Below, piece by piece: positions 37,762-52,318 of a stretch of DNA of 64,000 bases; position 1 is the first letter of the stretch; every line of letters starts with the position of its first letter. Both the position numbers and the translations under genes were made by a program. The stretch comes from Felis catus (lineage: Eukaryota). Under the pieces are notes generated by a model that worked only from the letters and a program-made list of their open reading frames with translations, did no database searches and was not told the DNA's origin. The stretch is from NCBI RefSeq assembly GCF_018350175.1, contig NC_058383.1, forward strand, positions 11,782,001 to 11,846,000, read 5' to 3'.

Positions 37762-38620
37762 AGCGGGAAAAGGGAAAGTTGATGACAAGAACGTAGGAAA
37801 ATATGGTGGCAGTGGAGGGATCATAACAACGCTCCCTCCCTTGTAAAATGAATGCTTCACCCCCCCTTATGAAATTAACAGGAATCGGAGGGGCTTTCAG
37901 AGTATACTGACATGTTACTGAAATTACCATGATATAGGTATAGACATGGAGTAAATCCCTCCATGAGAAAGTCTGGCATAACAGCTTCCAAGCCAAAACA
38001 CAAGGACCTTCCACCACAGTAAACTATGTCCAGTGTGGCCTCAACGAGTAAGGCCAAGGACCTAGCGGCATGGAGAGTAGACTGAGTTCTTCCAGCTCCC
38101 TGTACAGCCACGGAAATAATGTTTTGTGTTTCGCTAATGAAACAATAGAGCTCTATGCCAGTACGGCTTGCAAGATCTGTTCATGGTATATGACTGCCAC
38201 CTGCTTTATTGTACTAGGGAAACACAGACCAAACAAAGTTGAATATTCATAATGTTTTTCACTTGGGTCCTTTGGGTCAACAATGGAAGATGGCGGATGA
38301 GGTACACGCTGAGATTATTATGAAAGTCCGCACACGCGCACACAGAGATTACCATAGATATCCCATCTTCTTCCCCAGATTAGAGCTTAATTCATGGAAG
38401 AGAGCAAACCTTGAAATTAGGGCTTTTCTATTCCATTAGAGAATAAAAGAAGGATGCACACTATCCCTGAAACAGAGCCCAGGCACTCAAATATAAAGAA
38501 AGAGAGCAGATAGAAACAAAGCAAACAGTTTGCAGAATCAGCCGTCAGGCAGATTCTCAGATTTCTATTTGAGAGTTATCGCCACAATATAGCAGAGAAG
38601 TTTAAAAATAATGGAAAAGA

Positions 38621-38843
38621 GGGGCACCTGGGTGGCTCAGTCGGTTAAGCGTCCGACTTCAGCTCAGGTCACGATCTCACGGTCCGTGAGTTCGAGCCCC
38701 GCGGCGGGCTCTGGGCTGATGATGGCCCAGAGCCTGGAGCCTGCTTCCGATTCTGTGTCTCCCTCTCTCTCTGACCCTCCCCCGTTCATGCTCTGCCTCT
38801 CTCTGTCTCAAAAATAAATAAACGTTAAAAAAAAAAATAAAAA
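38621..38843 (+). mobile_element. Can-SINE
   Basis: TSD aatggaaaaga. Confidence 0.95.
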
Positions 38844-38849
38844 AGAATG

Positions 38850-39400
38850 GAAAAGAATGTACAGAACGAGATATTAAAATATTACAAGAATTCAGTACTT
38901 TGGTTACTATTGGTTTTTACTTTAACAAGAAAGCTGATCAACATGGCGGTCAGAATAGAAAGATGGAATCTGTCAATAAAAAGAGTCCCTCCCACGGAAA
39001 GTAATCACCACCCCTCTAAAAATAAGGCAACCAATTCAAAATGTTACCTTCAAAACTAGTATGGAAAAATCCAAAGATTGGAAATCAAGAGGGCAAAATA
39101 AATTCAAATAAACAAGACAAATCCCTTAGGAAGATTTTAAATTTGAAGGATAAAAAGATAATCCCGTGACCTTCAGGAAGGGGAACAATTTACTTTCAGA
39201 GGAGTTAAAACCAAGTTACTTTCGGGTTTTCTTTCTGTCCTTATCGATACCTCAACACCTAGTTGGTTAGCATATGTCACATCTCAGGCCCAGAAAGGTA
39301 TTCTCAGGTCTGCAGAGTCTCAGATGCATGTTGCCCCAAAGGCCTTTGGGGGAAATAAATAAATAACTACATAAAACTGGAAAATATTTTGAACAATGCA
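38850..39400 (+). mobile_element. HAL1 / ancient L1 ORF1-like fragment
   Basis: KILNLKDKKII and QFTFRGVKTKLLSGF (~39130-39235) resemble ORF1 KDKEKIL..KQVTYKG..IRL.SDFS. Confidence 0.45.
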
Positions 39401-39439
39401 GAGATGGCACTTTTTAAAGAACCACTGATGATTGACCGT

Positions 39440-40795
39440 TACAGTTATTATGTGGAACGGAGAATTAAGAAAATAACCCCATTGACAGTAACGTCAAAAA
39501 AAAAAAATCCTTAGGAATACACTTAACAAAGGAGGTGAAAGACTTTTACAATGAAAACTGCAAAACATTGCTGAAAGAAATTAAAGAAGACACAAATAAA
39601 TGGAAAGTGGTCCTGGATTCTTGGATTGGAAAACTTAATATTCTTAAAATATCTGTACTTGTAATCCCTATCAAAATCTGATGACTTTTTTTTTTTTTTA
39701 GAAATAGAAAAAAAATATGCTAAAATGCATATGAAATCTCAAAGGATCTTGAATGACCAAAATAAACTTGATAAAGAAAAACAAAGCTAGGGGCACCTGG
39801 GTGGCTCAGTCGGTTGGGCATCCGACTGCAGCTCAGGTCATGATCTCACAGTCTGTGAGTTTGAGCCCCACATCCAGCTCTTGTGCTGACAGCTCAGCGC
39901 CTGGAGCTGCTTCGGTTTCTGTGTCTCCCTCTCTCTCTGCCTCTCCCCCACTCATGCTTTGTTTCTCTCCCTCTCTCTCAAGAATAAACATTTTAAGAAA
40001 AACAAAGCTAGAGGACTCATGCTTCCTGATTTCAAAACACATTACAAAACAACAGTGAACAAAACAGTATGGTACTGGCCTAATGATGGACATATGAACC
40101 AATGGGACAGAACAGAGATAAACTGTTGTGCGTGTCGTCAAATGATCTTCCACAAGGGTGACAAGGGAAAAGAATAGTCTGTTCAACAAATGATGTCGGG
40201 AAAACTGGATAGCCACATGCGAGAGAATGAATTTGAACCCTTCCCTTACACCGTACACAAAAGTCAACGCAAAACAAATCAAAGGCTACACATAAAACTT
40301 GAAACTACTGAGAAGAAAACATAGGGAAAAAGCTTCAGGCCGTGAGATTTGACGATGATTTCTTGTACGCGACGCCGAAGTCCCATGCAACAAAAGCAAA
40401 AACAGAACCTGTGGAGCTCTGTCAAATTTTAGAACTTTTGTGCGGCAGAATAAACTGTCGATAAAGGAACTAAATTCCACAATATGTGACAACATGGACT
40501 AACTTTGAGGACAATATGCTAGGTGAAATAAGACGGTCACAAACGGACAGATACTACATATTCTGCCTAATAAAATATGTAGAGTAGTCAAATTCTTAGA
40601 CGGTAAGAGAGTCGTTGTCAGGGGCTGGGGGAGGAAGGGAGGAGTTGTTCGCATGACGTAGAATTTCAGTTTTGCAAGAGGAAAACATCCCAGCAATCTG
40701 TTACACAACAACGTGCACATAGTTAACACGACTGTATGATACAGGTAAAAATGCTTAGGAGAAAATTTTCTGGTTTTTACCATGATAAAAAAATT
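39440..40795 (+). mobile_element. L1MA-type ORF2 C-terminal region and 3' UTR
   Basis: ORF 39959-40177 KNKARGLMLPDFKTHYKTTVNKTVWYW...NQWDRTE matches L1 ORF2 [27 protein letters not shown]. Confidence 0.9.
39790..39995 (+). mobile_element. Can-SINE inside L1
   Basis: TSD aagaaaaacaaagctag. Confidence 0.95.
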
Positions 40796-41094
40796 GGTTT
40801 ATATTGGTATGACATGATATTGATTAGGTACCTATGAAATGTGAGAACATGACATGTGAGGAGATGATGTTGGCAGAAGGGTAAATAGTTTATTGTTCTA
40901 CTGTTCCCATCTTAGTAGCATTTTAAGGCAAATAGTTGTGTATGTAGTAAGTGCTCAGTAAATGTCTCTTGAGTGAATGAATGAGGTGGTTCATTCGCTG
41001 GAAGACAACAGAGGCATAATAAAGGAGCATAAAATAGATAATTTAAAATAGGAGTGAAGATTTCATAGCAAGAACAAAAATTATAATCCAGAAG

Positions 41095-41290
41095 TGAAGA
41101 GTACAGCCCCAGGCATTTAGTCAATAATATTGTAGTAGCGCTGTATGGTGACAGAGGATGGGTGAGCCCACTTATCATCGTGGCCACTAAATAACGGACG
41201 TAATTGCTGAATCACTAGGGATACACCTGACACTAACATAACATCGTGCGTAAACTGTTCTTCAATAAAAAAAATCCCAGAAATTAAAAA
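41095..41290 (+). mobile_element. L1 (L1MA9/carnivore-type) 3' end
   Basis: tagtcaataatattgta...gtatggtgacaga...tacacctgacactaacataacat...caataaaaaaa. Confidence 0.8.
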
Positions 41291-42372
41291 AAATATAAGC
41301 AACATACATTCTCATTTTTAAAAAGGGTGATAAGTCTCAGATTTAATTTTTTTCCTTCACGTATTGGTTACTTTTAAGAGAAATACTAAAACACAATGGG
41401 ACGAGGCCACCGGAATTGCAGCGTGGGGTCAATTACATGAATGGAAATGGGAAGTTCAGGGTCAGCAATATTAAAACCAAATCGGATATTATGTTTCATA
41501 TGTTCCGTCAGATTGAAACGGAGTATTCACGGTAAAGCATAGCAAAGATTTAACAAAATGAAAAGCGTTGGAAATGAGAAAGAAGTCTAAGAAGCCCCAT
41601 GTAGTCCAAGTTCTCAGCTTTTTCTCCTCAGTTGGTGACTCATTAAGTGAGAAGTGATAGATAAAAGTTCATAAATGTCATCATAAAGAAAAGCCAGTAG
41701 GTATAGTCATAATCTAAGCCCCTGCAAACTAAACATTTCTGATGACTTTTGTTCACAGTCGAATACCGCTTTTCCTCATGAGGGAAGGTCATAAAGCCTG
41801 AAAAAAAATGCAGAAAATTAAAAAAAAAAGAATCAGGTGTGTATTCACAGGATGGAACCCCAAACCATAACGAGTGAAAAAGTAAGTTGCAGAAGAATTA
41901 TTACAGGGTACCACCATTTACACGAAGGGGGAAAATGTGAGACAGCGATATAAGTCATCCATAATTATTATATACGCTCTGTTTTTAACATTATTGTGTT
42001 GTTATATACTAATTATAGCATATAATAACATTAATACTTGTATGATTAATAACTATATTATGTTATTATATTTTATTTTTATATTATATTATATTGTATA
42101 TAATTCCCCTATATAATTATATATAAATGATACTAAATTATATATGTAGAAATAAATAAACACACGCACAGCATAAAGAAATGCACAGGCATGAGAAACA
42201 TCCCGTCCAGGATGTCATTAAGTCTAATAGCGGAAAAAGGTCATGATCGGAAAGACGAGGGACAGAGCCTCTGCTGTCTTCCACGTGGCAGCCAATTTCC
42301 TGTATAGGATCCATAACCATATAACTCACTTCATCTGACTCTTGCCACCTTTCTGGTCTCACTTCCTGCCAC

Positions 42373-42390
42373 CTGCCCCCTCGTGGTCCA
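42373..42390 (-). promoter_or_regulatory. candidate CTCF site
   Basis: Reverse complement contains CCACGAGGGGGCAG, close to the CTCF core CCASYAGRKGGCRS. Confidence 0.45.
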
Positions 42391-42509
42391 GGCTCAGCTA
42401 TAGTTGATTTCAGCTATTGGTTGGTGCCATGATTCCTCCAAAGCTTCTGAGGCTTTGGATGTGCTCTGTGCCCTTACCTGATCCAGATCTCGTTTGACAG
42501 GTGTCAGTT

Positions 42510-42529
42510 TATTTTTTTTTTTAATTTTT

Positions 42530-42568
<39 letters not shown>

Positions 42569-42594
42569 CCCACGATGGGCAGAGAGAGAGAGAG

Positions 42595-42635
<41 letters not shown>

Positions 42636-42738
42636 GTGGGCTCACCTGAGGCGGGGCTCCAGCTCACCTGAACTCACAGACCGAAATCATGACCTGAGCT
42701 GAAGTCCGAAGCTCAACCGACTGAGCCACCCAGGTGCC
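42510..42738 (-). mobile_element. Can-SINE with (GA)n
   Basis: TSD caggtgtcag(t/c)tta. Confidence 0.88.
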
Positions 42739-42754
42739 ACTGGCAGGTGTCAGC

Positions 42755-42985
42755 TTAAATGCCAGTTCCCCTAGGAAGCTCTCCCTCCCTACTGAAGCTG
42801 GTACAGACCCCCTTCTTTACCCACAGCTCCTTCTTCTTTCCATCTCACTTGATTGTAACCGTTTACATAGTTGTCTATTCTCCCGTTGACGCCATGCATT
42901 CGGGAAGGTCCTGTCTCATTTATCCGCGGCTGTATCCCCGGCATAGCAAGGAGGGACACAATAAGTGTTTACGGGATGAATGAAC
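42755..42985 (+). mobile_element. L2 3' end
   Basis: ctgtatccccggcatagca...caataagtgtttacgggatgaatgaa. Confidence 0.7.
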
Positions 42986-45900
42986 AGTCATTGAAGCGAC
43001 CAAAGAATGGATAAATGCACATGAAGAGCTCCACGCCTGCCCCTCACGCCAGGCAATCTCTCTTCTCCACTGATGACTGGGACTTCCACATTTCTGTCTG
43101 TCCTTCCTGTCCTTTCACGGCAATTCTGATTTCACCCGGCACTTCCTACAGCCCATGGCACCCCCTGAGGTACGAGAAGCGGGTCAACATTCTAGTGAGT
43201 GAGCAGGAGCCCCAGGCAACCAGCCCATAATCCTGCGAGAGGCCAAGGCCAGGTCTAAAATTAAGCCCTGGGAAAGGAGGTATGTTGGGGAAGTTGGTGT
43301 TACCCATGTGACAGCCAAGCAGAAGGGGCTTAACGAGGCATTGGCATTCCAAGGAAATGTTGGGTTTAACACAAGAGTTCTGACTCCCGTGTGTATCCCG
43401 TGTGTCTATCTCCATCATCTCTGTCTCCAGGTTCCTTCAAATTCAGGCTCTCTAGTTGGGATGGACAGACCACAAGCTCAGACTAGTCAGCAGGGGCAGC
43501 AGATCCCAAGGGATAGACAAGAAGGATGATGTGCTCTCCTTAAGTCAAAGTCAACACAGGTAGTTTAACACTCTTGCTGGAGTACTGGGTTCGTTTAAGT
43601 ACATTATCTTCTTTTGACCTGTAGGAAGGTGACGTGATCTACTAGAGAAAGCTCTGGACCAGGGGGCAAGAGAACCTGGTTCTGGCCCATTTTACCAACT
43701 GGTTTACCATCGACAAGTCAACCTACCCCTCCAGACCACGGTGTCAATAATCTGTGAACACCCTAGCTCACTGACACCGAATGCTATTTCATATAGCAGT
43801 GGAAACACCAGGCCCCATCCCCCAAAGATGCCGCTTGACCACTTCCCTAGGCTTATGTGAATATACCGCGACCGATTCATCCCGTCCGTTATTGATGGGT
43901 GGAGTTTGTTTCCCAAGATTTGCTATTACGACCAGTGCTGCTCTGAGCATTCCTTGTGCACGTGTGCACCTGTGCAAGAGACTCAGGAGGGCAAATCCCT
44001 AAAGAGAAACCACTGGATTGTAGGGTGTGTGCCTCCCCACAATTTGGAGGACCAAACCGGCCTCCAAAATGGTTGCACCAACCTACATCGCCATTAGCAG
44101 TTTGTCTTGTTCTACAGCCACAGATGCACTTGACATTGTCTGATTTTTCATTCTAAATATTTTGAATAAGTGCTTTGAATGAGATTCTTCAAGGGTGGAC
44201 TGTTCTTGGGGTCTGATATTCCTCTGCTGATGTCCTTCATGTGTGCCTTAATCTGCCTATCCGGTGAGTTTGTAGACAAAGTATCTGCTTGCCTCTTCTG
44301 TGTGCCCTCGACATACAAGATTTAAACTGAATTTGAGATGGAGGACTCCTATTCTGGTGTCTTCTGTTCCATTTCCAGTGTATTTAAAGGCATCAGGTCT
44401 ACAGTCGTGTCTTGATGTGTATTACAGCTTACTATGAAATTAATTGAAATTGATAACAATGATGTTAGTGAGGTTTAGATCAATTTTAATTGCATGGGTA
44501 AGTGTCAAGGTGATTTCACAAGTGATTTCATGTTACTATATCGATGAAAGAGAGGGCTCCTCTAAATGGGATGTGATTGTAGAAGTTACCAGAGAGTATG
44601 GATGGCCAAAGAATTCTTTGAACCTGGGCATATGTCTCTGTAGTCCCCTAATGAATTCGCTCAATGAAAAATCCCTTGAAAAGTGTCTCCTTCACCTTTG
44701 GAGACCTTGAGATGTCTTCGGTAAAAATAGGCAAGAAATAGAAGACAGACAGGCAATGACACTTGGAAGTTTGGCCTGCGGAGTTTTTAGAACAAGAAGT
44801 TACCCTGAAACTAACAGGTTGAAGGTCATTAAAATACAAAAATATGCATCTCCTGAGGATAGAAGATTCTTTCCCGTCCCCCTCAATCATGGGATATTGA
44901 AGGAATTACAGCTGGAACAGCCGGATTTTGAGAATGTGTTGCTATACTAACCCACATGACAAGTCAAAAGGGGCCTGGTTCTTTGCGTGGGAGGCCAGTC
45001 TGCCGCTGTGTCGGGAGCAGAATTATCTGGCCGTCTGCCTCTCTGGGAACCATGAGAGATGACAGCTGAGTTCAGAGGAGAGGGTTCTGCCAGCCTAGGA
45101 GCTACATGTGTCTCTCTTCCCTTGTCATCCCCGCACACCAGCCTCTGAGCAGCAGCGGCAGTAACGGAGGGGAGGGAGCCCCTTTGAGTCTTCAGAGTTA
45201 GCTCCACACTGCAGTGGAGGGACGTTCAGAGAAAACGTCAAGTGGAAAAGTGGCCGAGATAATGAAAAGAGCTTAGGTTTGACTGAATGTTCTTCTGAGA
45301 GGGCCTCCGAGTTTGATAGCCACATCGGATTGCAGACATCATTGGACTGGACTCAAATAGAAGGAGGAAAGAGACGGAAAATGTGATGTGTGTTTCAGCG
45401 GTTCAAGTTTCAGAACAGAAGGTGCCTCCATGAGGGTTAAACTAGCCCTGGATTTAGCTATGGCTGAGATGAGATTCTTCGCACAGGCTGTTGAGTATTA
45501 CGGTTTTCTTATCGTAAAAAGTATCACATACTTCCGGCAGGAAATACACTTGGTCGCTATACTTGGTTTTTCTCTATCTTTGGTTGCTAGTTTCAGTTCA
45601 CCTGGGGAGGTATCCAGAGAAGGTAGGGTCTCGGTCACCAAGGATAATGACTTTCACTGCCATATTGAGCTTTTGGGCACAGTTAACGTTCCTTGACTTT
45701 TGGTGATTAAGAGAACCAAAAGGTCGGTAGGTAAGTAGGCAAGTTGGTTGGTTGGTTGGCTTATTTATTTATTTATTTATTTATGAGAAGATTCACTAGG
45801 GGAGGAATATCTATGTGGAAAAATAGAGAAGGAACAGGCAGTTACAGAGGAGGGCATGGGAAGAATTTAGAATTTCCTTTAGAATTGTCCCTATGGAACC

Positions 45901-47245
45901 CTTCTGAATTCCCTGTGGGGAGAAGACACAGCAACTTTTCCTTGCCTGAATTCACATGTGTTGAGCTTTCTAACTATTCTTGGTTAGGAACGTTTGAACT
46001 AATTCGCCCATCTCAACTGAGTCACGTAAGTGGCTCCTGTCATCTGAGAAATGATAGCTCAGAAGCCCCACAAGTCATAGCAAGGTTGTTGGTAACATAT
46101 TGGAGCCCAAAGGTATCGAACCGCCTCACAGCCACGGAGGTCCATTAAAATACCTCATTTAATCCTCAACGCGACCCTACTGGTCCCCTTTTATAGATGA
46201 GTTTATCAAGGCTTTCAAGATACTTACTATCTTCCTTAGAGTCTCTCAACGAGTGAGTTAGCAAATCCAGCCCAACAGCCTTGCTCTTTAAGGAGTCTTT
46301 CCATATTTGGCTGTGCTGTATGCAGTCTGGAATGTGGTTTTGCAGCCAGACCATACTGTAATCTAGAAGCACAGTTATGCTCCCCGGAGACGTAGAGCAT
46401 TATAAATGAAGACTGATATAAATCCAGACTCAAGAGGGGAGCTTCCTACAGCAAAGCCTGGTGTCGTGCATGGAAAGAGTAGAGTTTCTTTTTGTTTCCA
46501 CGTATCTAACTACTAATGCTGAGAACCAGGAGAAATGGGGCTGGACGCAGGCTGAAAACATCCCACTAAAGCACCTAGCCTTCCGTGTCCAGATTCTTCA
46601 ATTTAGCATAAAGCTTTGGAAATCTATCCGTGCGACTGTGTGTTTCAGTGAGTCTGTTTCCGTTCGTCACGTGTCTCGGATAGACCACGACTTGTGCAAC
46701 TGTTTACCGGGTCATGGGCATTATTTGGGTTGGTTCCAGTTTTTTGCTGTCATAAATAACTCTTCTCTGCACTGGGCTTTATGGGAACGTATGTTTTCAT
46801 TTCTCTTAGATAGTATGTAGGGGTGAAAAACATATAATTTATATATATTTATATATATAAATATATTTATAGAGTCTGGATACAAGTCCTTTGTAAGATA
46901 CCTATTTTTAAAATATTTGTTCTACCTGGTGGCTCACCTTTAATTTTTGCTAACAGGATGTTTATCCTAACTTTCTATTTTAAAACAGTTCAACTTATAC
47001 AAGAATTACAAAAAGGGTACTGAGAGTTTTGTACAGCTTTCTCCACACTTCCTCTAAGGCCAAACTCTTATATACCCATAGAAGAGTATCTTTCAAAGAC
47101 CCAGAGCTTAAGCTTGATGAAATCCCAACTTTTCGTGTTTTCTCTTTAATGCAGTTTATGTTGTTGTTGTTTGGAGTTTATGTATTAATGCATTTGAATG
47201 CATTTAATGCATGCATTTTGTCTCCTAGAAGGAAATCTTTGACCA

Positions 47246-47420
47246 GGGTGCCCGGGTGGCTCATTTCATTGAGAGGCCAACCTTTGATTTTATCTGAGGT
47301 CACAGGATAGAGCCCTGTAGCAGGCTTCAGCATGGAGCCCGCTTGGGACTCTCTTTCTCTGTCCCTCTGCCCCTCTTCCCTGCTTGTGCACACTCCTTCT
47401 CTCTAAAAAATTAAAAAAAA
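47246..47420 (+). mobile_element. older Can-SINE
   Basis: agggtgcccgggtggctca...gcttgggactctct, A tail. Confidence 0.8.
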
Positions 47421-47765
47421 TTTTTTTCAAGACATCTACCAATTCAAGGTTATTAAGATCTACATGTTTTCTCTTCCATAGGTCTATAATTGATTTTGAG
47501 TTCATTTCTCTATGTGGTGGGAGGTAATGGTTGAGATTCAACTTGTGCGTGTGTGCACCTGTCTATGTAACGGTTTGGGAAACGTGTTAAGTTGTCTTGT
47601 CACCTTTGTTGAAAGTAAATTGGTCAGGTACGTGGACAGCGTATTCTGACCCATTAATCTATGTGTCTCTCTGTATGCTGATATCTGTCTTAATTACTCT
47701 AGCTTTACAACAAGTGTCAAAATCAGGTATGAGATTCTTCAGTGTTTCTCTTCTATTGCAAAGTG

Positions 47766-47985
47766 TTTTTTCAATGTTTATTTATTTTTGAGAGAGAGAG
47801 AGAGAGAGAGAGAGAACACGAGAAGGGGAGGGGCAGAGAGAGAGGGAGACATAGAAGCCAAAGCAGGCTCTAGGCTCTGAGCTGTCCACACAGAGCCCGT
47901 TGTGGGGCTGGAACCCACGAACTGTGAGATCATGACCTGAGCTGAAGTCAGACGCTTAACAGCTGACTGAGCCACCCAGTCACCC
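47766..47985 (-). mobile_element. Can-SINE
   Basis: Antisense body. Confidence 0.92.
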
Positions 47986-48984
47986 CACAAAGTTTTGTGG
48001 GCCATGCTTAGGTTCTTTGCCTTTACACATACATTTTTGAACCTGCGTCTAACATCCTGCTGAGAATTTGACTGGCATTAAATCCATAGATCGGTGTGAG
48101 GAGCACTGACATCTTAACAATACTGGGCCATCCAGTCCACGAAAAAGCTATATCTCTACATTTATTTAGGCTTTCTTTGATTATTTCATTAGTGTTTCAT
48201 AGTTTTCAGAAACCATCTACGTTCGGTTAGATGTCGACCTGAACGTGTCTCTTTTCTTGCTGCTATTGTAAATTGCACTCCTTTAAAATGGTGTTTCCAA
48301 TTGTTCATTGCTAGTTACGGAAGTATAATTGATTTTTAAGCATCGTACTCATTTCCTACAAATTTGCTACACTCAGTCCTAGAACTTTTTTTTTTCCATA
48401 TTTCTTGGGATTTTGTACATAGATAATCGTGCGATTTGTGAATAGAGACAGTTTTATTGCTTCCATTGCAATCTATCTGCCTTTATTTCACTGTCTTCCC
48501 TCGCTGGGTTAGGACTTGTAATTCTGTGTTGCATGGCTGGTGAGACTGACTCTTGCCTTGCCTTGCTCCCAGCCTCGGGGTAAAAGCATATTGTTTTTCC
48601 AGAAGCTCTTGATCAGGTTGAGAAAGTTCCCTTCTAAGTCTACTTTGCTGAACGTTTTTATTAACATTAATGAATGCTGAATGATCAAATGATTTTTATA
48701 ATTGATCTGAGTATGTAGTGTTTTCTTTTAATGTTTTTCTGTTGCTGTGTCAGGCGACATTTACGGGCATTTGAATGTGGAACAAGTCTTTGTATTCCCA
48801 GGCGATCTCTTTAAATATTTTGTGCTTTGGTCTGGGGCAAAATTACGTTACCTGGGGTTATTTGTAACTTTTGAGTTTTACACCTTCTGAGGCAAGTCTA
48901 GAACGAGCTTTAGTCTAGGATACTTTGGTCCGCATCTCTTAGTCTTTTCAACTTACGACTGCTGGACAGACACATCTATTCAGT

Positions 48985-49085
48985 ACAGACCCCGATGCAG
49001 GGCTTGAACTTATGGAACTGTGAGATCATGACCTGAGTCAAAACCAAGAGCCGGACGCTTAACCAACTGAGCCACCCAGGCGCTC
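48985..49085 (-). mobile_element. Can-SINE 5' fragment
   Basis: Antisense tRNA-like head only. Confidence 0.8.
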
Positions 49086-49702
49086 CTCTCCTTACTTGTA
49101 ATGCTTGATTCAGAGTTGCCTGTTTTTCCTAGACACGCTTCTCCGGCTGTTCCGGTTACTGATCTCTCTGACTCCTGACAGATGGACCATCAGACCCTCA
49201 CCTCCAAGCCTGTTGCCGGTTGAAGCCACGCTCCTGATTCCATGTGTGCAAACTCACTTCAGATTCTCAACCCAACTGTAAGGTAAGTGTGATTTTTTTT
49301 TTTTTCACTTTCGGTGGACCAGTTAACTAAGACCCAGAGAGATGAAGCTATTTGCCCAAAGTCTCCCATCTGGTATTACATACAGATGGGACCATATCCT
49401 CTGTCTCCTCACATCTCATGTTGAAATACATCCCACAGAGAATAAAGGGTTCAATGGAAGAAATGGGAACACAAAAAAACTAGAAGAAAATTTACATGGC
49501 TACTTATTCTCCCTGTGGATGTAAACAAAGGTCATGGGTGAAAGACACAGGATATTTTGATATAAAATTTTACTGGGACGAAACGACACTTCCAGACTTA
49601 AGAAGTATTTAATTTGCTCCTGATTTTACCCTATTAATGATGTGATAAACACCTTTTTGTAAAAACTTTCTCTCCCTCTCCCACATTGAATTATTTTTGT
49701 TT

Positions 49703-49724
49703 AATTTTGTAATGCTTATTTATT

Positions 49725-49775
<51 letters not shown>

Positions 49776-50111
49776 AAGCACAAATGGCACAGAGCCCTAC
49801 GTGGGGAGAGAACCCACGAACCATAAGATCATGACCTGAGCCAAAGTCAGATGTTCAACCGACTGAGCCACCCAGGCACCCCCTAACAAAAAAAATTTTT
49901 TTAACATTTGTATTTATTTTCGAGAGACAGAGAGACACAGAGCACGAGCAGGGGAGGGGCAGAGAAAGAGAGGGAGACACAGAATCCGAAACAGGCTCCA
50001 GGCTCTGAGCCGTCAGCACAGAGCCTGATGCGGGGCTCGAACTCACAAACCGTGAGTTCATGACCTGAGCTGAAGTCGGACGCCCAACCGACTAAGCCAC
50101 CCAGGAGCCCC
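49703..50111 (-). mobile_element. two tandem Can-SINEs (49703-49883 internally deleted; 49895-50111)
   Basis: Two antisense heads ending gccacccagg at ~49877 and ~50105. Confidence 0.92.
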
Positions 50112-50825
50112 TGTTGTAAAAATTTTGATAGTAATTTTAGTTACCTGCAATTTTCACGCAAGAAACGGAGATCTCCCTAGAAAAGCCCAAATACTTGAAT
50201 AAGCAGATTAGAAGAAACCAATTTTGGACCTTGATGAAAGTCATATCTCTGTGGTCAGGTTATTACGTCTGCTCCGCCTCTGGGTTTTATCTCGTATGGA
50301 ACCGGCTTCCTCCGCACCTGGTTCCCACCCTCCCGTCTTGAGCCACGACTCTTTAAGTAGGATTTGAAGCATAAACAAATGGTAATTGTCTTTGATCTCA
50401 TCTTCATTTTTCCTTCCTCCCCCACTAGAGTCGTCTTATGCTCTAAGTATCATAACATTCACAGGATGAGCCTTGTGAACCATTTGCCGTAAGAGAGAGA
50501 GCGCGCATTTGAGAAGAAATCATGTATGAATTAGAGGCTGCCTCCCTCTGCCTCTTAAGCAAGCACATCTTGGAATCTTACTGTAGCATAAATGAGAGAG
50601 ATAAGCTAAATGGCTGGGGCATTTAAGTTGCATGGAATTAATATTGTGTGGTCGGACAAGTCCCCAGAAGGGATCAGAAGGAGCGTCTTTTCCGGAATAA
50701 CTCAGCGGAAATCTGCTCTGCGGAACAGACAGGGAGAGCAGATGATACCAGTTAAGGCAGGGAGAAAGCTGGAGTCAGGGGCATAAAGTGTTTGCGCTAA
50801 ATCGTTTCATTTTGGATCTTTGCAA

Positions 50826-50937
50826 ATTTTTTAGTATTTTTTAACGTTTATTTTTGAGAGAGAGAGAAAGACAGAGCATGAGCGGGGAAGGCGCAGAGAG
50901 AGAGAGGGAGACACAGACTCCAAAGCAGGCTCCAGGC
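50826..50937 (-). mobile_element. 5'-truncated Can-SINE
   Basis: Tail and CT region only. Confidence 0.85.
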
Positions 50938-51539
50938 AAGCAAGCCAAGAAACTCGATTTTTATCGGTGAACCGTGAGGGGATTCAGTCTTTAGAGAGAC
51001 TCACGTTAGCTCAACTCTTGGTAGACTGATATCTAACCAGAAAACCTGTGTCACTTGCCATTGACAAACCTAATTAACAGTCAGGAGAACATATCAGCAC
51101 TTTGTGCCTCTGTACGTAGGTTCACAGACCATGGATTCTCAGCTGAGACAGCTTGAGGAACACTCCTCCCTAGCAGGACGAGGCAAAGGGTCCTAGTGCC
51201 GGCTCTTTCCTGGACAGGGATGTCACCAAGGCCAAAGGATGCCTCCCTGACTCTTTGCCATACTAACACACAACGGCCCCTTCTAGTTGAAACAGAATCC
51301 TAGTTTTTCGAGGTTTTTAACCCATTCCTTTAGATTATGGTTATATCTTGCTTCCACCGGGGAAGCCAGCCGGTAAGGACCCTGAAGACGACCTTTTGTG
51401 TGTTTCCTCTGAAACTTCAGCTGTCTTGTTCATCACCGGCTCTACATTTCTTAGAACGGTACCTGCCTACAATGGGCACGCAGCAAAGATCTTTCAAAAT
51501 ATGAATGAGTTACAGAGTTCACTGTATACTGATTTTTTT

Positions 51540-51783
51540 ATTTTTTTAAACATGTTATAATTTAAAAAAATTTAATTTGATTTCGTTATTTTGAGAGAGA
51601 CAGAGACAGTGTGAGTGGGGTAAGGACAGAGAGAGAGAGAGAGAGAGAGAGAATCCTAAGCAGGCTCCATGCTGCCAGCACAGAGCTCAATGCAGGGCTA
51701 GAACTCGCGAACTGTGAGGTCATGCCGTGACCTGAGCCGAAACCGAGTCTGAAACTTAACTGCCTGAGCCACCCGGGCGCCCC
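51540..51783 (-). mobile_element. Can-SINE
   Basis: Antisense body. Confidence 0.9.
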
Positions 51784-52318
51784 TAGGTTCTGATTTTATA
51801 CACGAACTTTCCCAACGCTATCCTTCGGCCCGTTGAGTTGACCTCACTCTTAGCCTCTTTCCTTCATATGCCTCTGACAACACGGTGGACCTAGAATTGA
51901 GAGAGGATGGCAGCGGGGGGGCCAGGGGAGACTTGGAGGAAGAAGGTTAGGGAACGCAACTCTTGTATTTTGAGGCGAGGAGTAAAACTCGGGGGCCTGA
52001 ACTCACTGTCCCTTCCTCTTCTTCACGGAAACAAGTACCTTTTAGTCTGTTAGGTAAGTGTGGCTTCTGTGACAGATAAGCCGTGACTCTCAGAGGTTTA
52101 ACACTCATGGTCCAGGGTGGGCGCTTGGTGGGCGTCTTCCATGCAGCGACTTGGGGATCCACGGTCCTTCCGTCTGGCTCTCTGCCACCGTTGACAGAAG
52201 CAGGACGTTGGTGTGAGGTCCCTGGCTCGACAGCAACATCGCCCCGGAACATGTAAGGAATGCAGACTTCCGGGTCCCACCCCAGATCTACAGACTCAAC
52301 AACTCCAGGGGGGTGTGG

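Larger units (their letters stand above)
46640..48800 (-). mobile_element. old L1M ORF2 fragments
   Basis: gggcattatttgggttggttccagtttttgctgt; ctggatacaagtcctttgtaagata; ttgatcaggttgagaaagttcccttcta. Confidence 0.75.
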